A DNA stretch of 64,000 nt from NCBI GenBank assembly GCA_051294375.1, contig CM119271.1, forward strand, positions 10,469,427 through 10,533,426, read 5' to 3'. Under the pieces are notes generated by a model. It saw only the letters and a list, made by a program, of their open reading frames with translations. It was not told the DNA's origin and ran no database searches. The position numbers were made by a program, and so were the translations under genes. Origin of the DNA: Paraspadella gotoi. Lineage: Eukaryota > Animalia > Chaetognatha. Shown here piece by piece: positions 26,817-36,900 of this stretch. Positions within the stretch are counted from its first letter, which is position 1. Every line of letters starts with the position of its first letter.

Positions 26817-28329
26817 TTTTTTTTCTGTACTTGTATTCTTGCAAGAATACATTTATAAATTGTTTTGTTAAAGTTAATGCCGATCTCGATTTTCATTGAG
26901 CTTTTCGTTTTATATTTTATTTTTTGATCTGTTTCGATATTCCGTTTTTTTTTTTCGATCCTCCAAAGTTTTCCTCGCCTTAAAAAAGTAATTCTAAACC
27001 GAAAAAGGAAAGAAAATAGCGCGGGCAGTCGGTTCACTTTGCACATAAATTCAATCCGCTGGAACTCCTTTCCTTATCGACTTTTGTTTCATCATCGTCG
27101 TTGATCGTCTCCATCGACGTCGTCGTCGTCACGGTTCATTTCGTTCACTTTCTCTCTCTCTCCTTCTCTTCTGCATTTTTCTCTCTATCTCTCTCTCTCT
27201 CTCTGGCTCTATCTCTCTCTCTCTCTCTGGCTCTATCTCTCTCTCCCCCTTTTTTTTCGAAAAGAAAAAAAACCTTTATTCTTTTCTCGGGGCCGCCTTT
27301 GAAAATCACCGACCCACTCCTTTACGTTTCCGCGTTTCCTCCTCCGCGGCCCCGATCGAGCATCTCCTTCTCCGCTCGATCCGGGCCTCAAAGGAAAAAG
27401 CCTGGTCGGCGTCCGAATCGTCGTCGTCGCTTTTTCGTAGCATCAGCAACAGACGACGATAAAAGCGGAGCTGAATTCGAGGGATTCAATCCATTCGTCG
27501 ACAGCACAAGTTAAAGAAGGAGAAAATACGAAAAAGAAAGAAGAAGCCCTTTTCTTTCTTTCCTCTCTCCTGCTGCTTCTTCTCACCTCCGAAGATTTTC
27601 TTCTTCTTCTTCGTCCCAAATTTTGTTCTCCTTTCGCTTCTTTTTTTTTGGGAGTAAAAACAATGAAAGAATTTGGTTAACTTTATTTTCGTCTCTTTCT
27701 GGCGGAAGAGGATTTTTTCGTTGTTTTTTTTATTAAAAAGATGTCGAAGAATGGAGAGTCTCTCTCTCTCTCTCACACACACACACTCACTCACTCACTC
27801 ACTCGTTGGTGTGTCAGCTTCCACCTTTCACTCTTCCTCTTTGTTATCCCAGTATTCGTGCGTACGGAACGCGATAAAAAACCTACCATGGAAAGCTTTC
27901 GCTTTTTTGAGATTTATCCCCCAGTTTCATTTAACAAATTTTCACCATTTTACCTTCCAGATTTATACAATGTTGAAAGTATAACTAAATTACTTTACAT
28001 CTCCCGCGCGAGACGCGCCGTCAATCCGTGACGGGTTAAACTCGTTGTGTAGTTTTCGAAGCCTCGATTTCGATCATGAACTAGGATTTATGAAACGCCG
28101 AATCAAACCTTGAATATAAATCCCGACGCGACGCGACGACTACTGTTTCTACGTTTCATCTCGTAATTGTTTTGAAAATAGTATAAAATGGGATTATTTA
28201 AATCGGATTAAAGTTTCAAAAAACCGGGGACGTGTCGAGTTTTTTAAAAAAAAAGTAATATTCCTAACGTCGTCCGACATTCGAGCTGCGTTCGTCACTC
28301 TTACGTCTAACTCCCCCCCCCGCCGTTGA

Positions 28330-31300
28330 ATGCGGGCGACGCGCGGCGTGACGCTCGCGACGCCGTCTCCGCCCCGTCGCCGCCACGACGTCCGCCAAGC
28401 CCTCTTCCGAGGAGCTCTACTACCCGGACCCCTTGGAGCCGCGGCCCCCCGTGCCGGGCGAGGAGCGGACCGGAAATGGTGCCCCCCCGGGGGTCAACAA
28501 CGTGACCCTCGGGGGGGCCTGGTCCTCGTCGGGCAACTCGTCCTCGGGCCGACCGGGCAAAGCCGCCTCCGTCGCCATGGCGTCGGTCAAGGCCGCCTCG
28601 ACGCCGCCCTCTGTCGCCACGCCGAGAAAGTCAAACCTGAGCGTCTCTCATTATGGCGCCGATGGATGCAAGGTTAATTTAGTTAATAGTTATTATTAAT
28701 ATTTATATAATATATAATTTAGAGTTTGCCGTGCTTTTCCATTATACGACTCCGTAATGAAAATAAACTTGTTAAGGGTTATTACATCAATATTACATTA
28801 AATAATCATCTCTTAGACACTTCCAGATAATTCAATCGAATACGTACTTACGTAATTTCTTGTAGATACAGAAGGCTTCATATTATAAAATGAGGTACCC
28901 CTTTTTTGTGACCAGAATCTGTTCCCACCAAACTACCCAATCGAATTTTATCAAATTTTACATATAAATGGAACTATCGACTATCGAACCGAATTTTGAT
29001 ATTCAACCCCTGACAAGAGATACAGGGTCCTGGGGTTGAACCCCTGGGGGGCCAAAAAAAGTTTAAAATTTTTTTTCATATTTTAATAATTTTTAGTTGC
29101 ATCAGGTGCATTGATATCTTAAACATATAAAAAAACATTTTAGAACTAAAATTGATAAATTTTTAATAATTAAGCATTGTTTGAACATGCATGATTCATC
29201 GTTTTACTTCTAATTTTCCAAAATTATTCCAAATCTGACTTGAACAGCTGATGTTCATGAAGATGAAAATTAAGGTAAATTAACATTTTTGAGGTAATAA
29301 ATACGTTTTTGTGGAAGAGTAAACGTCTGTGCTACTGTTCAAAACAAAAATAATTAAAAAATTTGGAAAAAAATATAATATCTCGGCTCAGGCGTCAAAT
29401 ATTGTAATTCGCCTCGATAGTTCTATTTGTATTCATTCCAAATTTCAATAAATTTGGTCAAGTAGTTTTCTCGGAACGTGTTCTGATCACAAAAAAAGGG
29501 TACCTCATTTTATAATATGAAGCCTTCTGTATTTATTCTTATGGATATATTTCTATGGTTGAATTTACTATCGGATTAATAGGATTATTTCTAATTTTTT
29601 CTATTTCGCCCAGACTTCGGAGGAGGATGCTCCTCTGGGATTCGAACCCGAAGGCAGCGCCTCATCGACGACGCCTCCCTTCACCGAGGCTTCCGGCACG
29701 CCCCCTTTCTACAAGTGGGCCGAGAACATCTGCTATCTACTCGAGGACGTGGACGGGGTCGACCTCTTCTCGAGGTTTTTGGAGCATGAGAACATTCTCG
29801 ACGTTCTACCGTTTTACTTCGCCGTCAAAGGTGGGTCACAACTTCGAGAGGGTAATGGGCTTTGTGGTTGTTCGGGTTATTTGATTTTGTCGCTACGAAC
29901 TTTGCTCTATTGTAATCATTGATGGCTCGGCTCCATCTGTCAAATTTTAAACCGTTCTTATACATATATTCTTTTAGTATTGTTTATATTTATTTGTGAC
30001 ATTTAGGCCTTCGTGACCAACAACTCCAATCCAAACCGGATAAAATCCAACAACTGATAAAACTCATCTTCAAAAAGTACCTTCGCGGAGACAGGGTCAT
30101 TCTGGTGCTAAAGGAAGGAACCAAGAAGAGTATCCAAGAGAAGATGTTGAACAAGAAGGAAGGGAACCAATTGGAGCCAGGTACATAGCTTAAAGAGCAA
30201 TACAATTAGGGGTTTGTGGCTAAATTTACATAGTGCGTACCACTCTCCGAATTCTTTATTTCTGTCATTAAATTACGTATAACCCGCGCGTTATCATTTC
30301 CCCCAGGAATCTTCGACGCGGCGCAGCAGGAAGTTCTAGACTACCTGGCCGGCGCCCCTTACGCGGCCTTTCTCAAGAGCGACCTCTACGTGCAACACAT
30401 CCAATGCGGCGGGCCCGAGTCTCTACCGGGCGAGAGCGTCGAGTCGTCGGGCTCTTCCTCCGGCGCTGGGAGCCACGCGGGCACGAGGCCCGTTTCGCAG
30501 GGGTAATAGAGCGACTGAATTGTCGTTACCTGCCCCACCTTTCGTATATTTATCCTAATTCTTTTCCTTCTCTCATTTCGATCATTAGTTATCTCCCGAC
30601 TCTCCACGAGAACGAAGAGCTCGAGCTCTCCGACGCTCTCCCTTCCGGCTCCGCGCGCGACGACTTCGTGCCCGCCGCCGCCGCTACAGCCTCGGCGCCG
30701 TCCGCCCGCTCCTCCGGCGCCGGGCCCTCGCCCAACGTGGTTCCGCTGAGTCTGAAGACGCTGATGGCGACGCGTCACTCTCGGTCGGCGACGGCCGGGG
30801 AATATCCGACGACGGGACGTGGACGGAACATCGATCATCAAGGGTAGGGGTGGATAGATGGGGTTGGAAAGGGTGGATAGATTGGGAAAGGGGTTGTTTA
30901 ATGGAGGAACGGAGTGGCTAGATGGGTAAAAGGGATGGATTCGATAACGAAACATTGAAATGTTTTTATGAATATATTGTTACGATTGTCGTTGTGGCGT
31001 TGTTATGGCAAGCAAACCGACAACACACACAAACAGAAGATGACCCCCTCATAAGCGTCCTGACGAACAGTGTTGAACCGTTACCAATTAGTTAATACTA
31101 ATAATCGTGACATTAATTTTTGTTTTCAGTCGATCAATCAATCCCTATCACATGAATTACTGCACATCGTACAATCCCGTTTCGGCACAAGACTCGGAAC
31201 TGCAGTCGCTCTCTAGCGACGCCTTGACCGACACCGACACCAAATCACTCACCGACTCCAGCGTGTGAGTAATTATTAAAAAAATAATAATAATTCGGCT

Positions 31301-33893
31301 ATTGATAATATTATGTGTCGTTTAGTACGTATCACACCTGGCTATTAGATGTGACGCGTGAATGAAAAGAGTATACGATTCTGCGAACCCCTCTCGTGCT
31401 CTTAAACCTAATTTTTTCCTGAATGTACCCAACCAACCTCTTGAAAAGTCTATCGACCCTCATGGTGACTTTGATCTCAACGCGCAAAATAGATTGGGTC
31501 GCGTTAATTTAACGGCTTTAATTATTCGCTCTTTACATGTGGATTATAAAAAAAAAGGAAAATAAGCCACGAATCGGTTAGAGGGGGAGAATAGAAACTT
31601 TTGGGTCGGTGAGCCTTCTCTCTTTTTAACGACGCCAATAAAACCTGCATAAAACGCCCGTCTGTTTACCGATAATAAAAAAAAAAATCTTCTGGGTCGG
31701 TTTTAATGAGTTAACCTCAGTGTAGAACCTCGTTATTTACATTTGACACGAGATTTTGTGGACTGAGCCTCTCCGAATAATTGGCCTTTTTGAAAAAAGT
31801 GAACTGAAGGTCTTTTTTTTTAAATTTTTACTTCTTCTCTCCTTGGTGCAGTTTTATGTGCGTCGTTTTCCGTGTTCGACATCCAATCGTTCATTCTGCC
31901 ATCGCAAATGGTTTATATTGTTTACGAGGGGGGGGGGAACAACGCGAGCTCGATTTCGATGTACGTGGTTGTTCTTGTTAAGACAGAAATCGGAGCTCAA
32001 ATGTTGGTCAATGCTATAATTATTACGAGACGGTTTCAATTGGGCAAATTTTTAACGTTCTTTGTCTCAAATGTTTTCTTCTTGAATCTCGGACACCCAT
32101 TGCTCCCCTTTTCTCTCCTTTGTCAGGAAGTTTGAAAGACATACTTCAACCACATGGCAAAAACACCGATTTAAAGAGGGGGAATAAAAATTACTTAGAA
32201 CCGAGAAAAAAAAATCGGTTTGCCTAATTTAATAATCGCGATCGGGTTCTTCTACGCAGCCTGGCCGAATCCCCGCTACCGAGAGCCCAAAACGCGAAAG
32301 CCTTAATAACAAAGTTTATATTATGAGACTCGCGTCCCCCTGCCGCGTCTTCGTTTGTGGCGAAGGCAGCGGCGTCTTTGATCTGTCTCTCTCTCGATTG
32401 GCTGGATTCTCCACCACTCTTCGCTCATTGGTCCAACCGGTTCATCGCCTTCGCCCTCGACTCGCCTTCTTTGAAGTTGTACCGGGCATGAAAATCCTCT
32501 CCCTTTCTTTTTTTTTTCTTTTTTTTTGTGTGAAGTAATCGTTTGACGTTGGGTGGAGAGTTTGTCTGTTATTATGCAATATAATAATAGAGTATTATTT
32601 GTCACCTTTTTTTGGTTGGGTGAGCATTGATAAAATTAAGTCTTTTGATAAAATGAAGTCATAATAGTTATATTTTAAATCAATTTCAACTTTTTTAATA
32701 ACTGGGGGAAAAAATGAATGTTATATTTCTAAAAAAAGATCCCAACGAAGCGAAAGACTTTGGCGATGAATTCTAGGTGAGAAGGTAGAAAGAGGAAAAT
32801 ATTTGTTTACACTTCGGACTCTGTTTACATTAAGATCCAAGGAAAGGCATCTGAAAGTAATCCGTTCGCCAGTTTAGAAGAGGGGGGGAAAGAATCGATG
32901 AAATAATAATATCCAGGTGAAGCAGGGATTTAAAAAAAAAAAGATTTTTTGGCAGGAATTTGTCGGGAACGGACGTGCTGTTTTGAAACTGTTTTTTTAA
33001 GTTTTTATACTTAGAAAAGTATTTGTAATTATATATTAATCGGATGGAGAAAGATATGAGCATTTCGTGGCGAGGTGGACCGATATAGAATTAATATTCC
33101 ATAAAGGAATTAAAAATTTGTATAATTTGCATTTTTCGTCTCTCGTTTAATCTCGGATGGCGACCAATAGTTTAAAAATTTATGCCTTTGAGTGATAGAA
33201 CTCTTTTTCCTAAGGTTTCTTCTCAATTTCCGATCCATCCGTCTTTTTCAGATGTTAAAATCTACGTACATCATTCAGACGCTTAATTCAATTATTGTGT
33301 CCTTGCCAGTTTGAATCCTTCCGCAGCCTCGAACACCTTTTAAAATTTCTGCTTTCAAAAATATAATTAGTCAAAATTAGTGTTAAAAACTTTGTTATAA
33401 ATAATTGAATTATAAATAAGAAGGCAATTATCAATTTAATTAAGGCGGGCTCTCTCTTTCTTCTTCAGGGATCGGTATCCTCTGAACGATCGGTTTCGCA
33501 AGCGACAGGCGAAGCAGGAGAACCGGGCCATCCGCCGCAGCGCCGACCAAAACCCGGACGAGCTCGTCACCCACCACAGATTCATTCCGGTAGGATGAGT
33601 GTCTCATTCAACACTTTAGTCGGGGAGGATTAATAATTTATTTGTATTGATATTTAAGTATATGCATTACTCAATATTGAGTCTATTTTACTGAAGAATA
33701 TATAAGCAAAGCACGCTTAGTGATGATACGAATGCCAATGCGGTTAGATTGTATTAATCTGCTGGGAGAGTTTTACTAAAGCAAAAGTTTAAAAAAGAAA
33801 AGGAATAAAATCCTGAAAGCCACAAGAATCACAACTTTTTTTCCTGGGCCGAATTTCGATTCTCTGGTGTATATTTATTGCTTTCCCGAACTC

Positions 33894-33954
<61 letters not shown>

Positions 33955-36900
33955 TCTTTTTTGTCTTATTTGAAACAGGAGCTAAACTAATACTGAGTGA
34001 CATAAAAGTAAAAACAACTCTGACACGCTTTGCTAAACATACAACTCATGCAATTTGCATCAATTGCCTACTCGATACAACCAAAATATCCATTTAAGTA
34101 TAAAAATAGTGTGAATAAATAAGAAAAGGGAAAAATGCATGTATATCTTTCTCTTACCTTGTCCCTCCCACTCAAGACCGAATCTGAAGCTAAGGTGATG
34201 ATAAATCTTTGTCTGTAACTAACAAATCAATGGTTTTTTTCGCTTTTCTACTTTTTATCTTCGAAATTACCCAATCACGCAATACGGTCCCCCCGCGATA
34301 AAAATCAAGAATCACCTTTTTTTTTTTACGCTCGAGTGCCGTTTGCTTTTTTTTTTATTGTCAAATTTAGCAACTGTTTTGGTTTTTTCGTGATCCGTTA
34401 ACTTGGGCACGTATCCCCGTCATCCTTAACGTTCATATAACCTCAATGCCGTCTCGCGGAAAAAAAAAAAGAAAAACAAACGAAATTAGTTGAGGGAAGA
34501 TTCAAGGATCAAAGTCGATAGATGAAACGCCGCGAGGGACGGGTTTTTCTCCGTGTGTGAGGGAGAGAAAGTTTTCTCTCTCTCTCTTCAGCTCTATCTT
34601 GCTCCCTCCCACCCCCCCCCTCCTTGACTGCCTCGTGTTCCGGGCCTCCAACTCTAAAAGTCGTAAAATCTGATGCTCGTAAATGAGGATCCGTTCCGCT
34701 CCGCGCGGATCGCCAGGATTTCGAGAAGATCGAGAAACCGGGGGGGGGGGAAGAAACCACCTCGATCGATCGAATCCAATCGCGAGAATTTCGCTTCGAC
34801 TTTAACAATTCATGACTATTGGCCAAGGTGGTCACTGGTTAATGAAATTCCTTTGCCCTCTTCTCTCAGTAATTGCCGAAACCTTTTAACGGCTGTCCAA
34901 ACTTTGACGTTGCTGCCTTGTTCCAGCATTTTATTCAGATGAGGCTTTTAAGCGGTCTTTTTCAAGTCAAAGATGAATAAAACCATAACGCGCATTGTGA
35001 AATGTGGATTTTATGGTGAATATTTGGCGATTGTCTTTTTAGCCTCATGTTCCCCCCCCCCGTCCCACATCGCCCTGATTTATTCGTCTCCCCACCTCTG
35101 CCCTTTTCGCTTCTCCTGTTCCGCTTTTTCGGCCTTGAAATTCAAACTTGCTCCATGTGGCCCGAAGCTTTGTTTTTCGCTTCTTTAGTTCGAAGAAATT
35201 TCCGTTAGCGTTGGGTGCTTGAGAGTGGAATCGCGCCTTTAACGAAAAGGCGGAACATGCGCTTCGACGATGGCTTCAAATAACGATTACTCGTAGAGAT
35301 AGAATAACGATGAAGTGAAGATTGGTCGCCTTTAAGATTTCAAGCTCCCGCAACGCGCCATGTCTTATCCACCCGACCCACAAACTTTTAATGCTAACCT
35401 AATCTTTTCTATTTCTCCAGAGGACGGAGCGTCTGCCCAAAGATGTGAAGCCTCTGGCGGAGAGCGATTGCGAACTCTTCGCCCGCGACCTCACGCAGAG
35501 ATTGGAGAAGGTTCTTGAAAAGCAGGTAAGGAGGGAAGAGGAGAGGGGTCCCGATCACAGTTAAGGTGAAACGTGTCCTTACTCTTTCCTCGTGCTTCCC
35601 AGATGAAAGAGGAAAAGCTGCAAGAGTCTCTTCGACTTTTGAGCGTCAACGAGAATCAAGAGCAGCACTCGAAGCAGCCCGTCGAGGAGCATCCGGCGCC
35701 GCCGCCCGTGCCGCGGAAGACCGGAGTTCCCTCGGCGCCGCCCGGGCCAGGCGTCGCTAATTCTCTCAAGGTGAGGGAGCGTCGTTAATTATTTACCATT
35801 TGGATGGAGGAATTAACAATAAGTTAATTGCGAATTTTAGGGATTAATCTTCACGACGCTCTTGGCTCCGCGCGGCGAAGGCGGAGGCGTTGACGACGAA
35901 GCTCAAGCTATCCTCGACGAGCACGTTTCCAAATGGGACAGATCGGGTCACCACACGCCGAGGTAAGATTAAAAAAAAAAATCCAACCCCCCCAAAAAAA
36001 CAAAAAACTGGACGTTTTGACATTTTGCTCAACTCTTTTCCCTCAGCCGAACGCGCTCTCCGCCCAACGGACGCAAAGGCGCCCAAGCCGGCGCCGCCTT
36101 CAACGCGCCGCCTCGGCATCGACGGCACAAGGGCGGCGCCATGTCGTCGTCGTCATTCGACGCCGGTTCCACCGACACCGCCTCCCTCGTTTCCAAAGAC
36201 TCGGGCGTCTCGCGCGACTACCTCATCCAATACCAAGGGCAGAATAAGGACCACGGCGTCGACGGTGAGAGAGAGAGAGAGAGAGAAAATATCAACGAAT
36301 CTCCAAGTGATACCGAGAGGCTCAGTGATGACCGAAAGGAGTCTGCAGTCCTGTTGCCTTTTCGAACCCACCTACTTCGTACTTTAAAAAAATTACATTT
36401 TATTTTTATATCTTTGATTAGTAATTTTCCCCATTATTTTCTGCAGTCGGCAAAACGGGTTTCCACCATCTCCACCCCGGCCACCCCCTCGCCTTCTACA
36501 AGAATCCTCCGGTCAGGTTTGGAGAAAATCGACGCGCGAAACGTCGCCCGCTTTCAGGTTTGAGATCCCCGATAGATAGCGTCTCCGCAGCGCACGAGAT
36601 ATGATATGGCAACAGCNNNNNNNNNNCCCCGATAGATAGCGTGTCCGCAGCGCAAGAGATATGCTATGGCAACAGCCGGGTTGCCTGTGATGCCCATTGG
36701 GATGGGGGCATCTCACTGTTGGCTTTGGGGGCTTCCGACCCTCAGTGACGCCTCCGGTCACTGGCGCGGTTACCCTAGGACGGTCTCGCTTTGCCAACGC
36801 AGAGGGAAGTCGTTAGGACTGTGGATGGAACACTACGCCTGGGATGGTGTGTTCCCCCTCTGAGCCAATGGATTTGGCTGAAGGATGGTGGACGTGAGGC

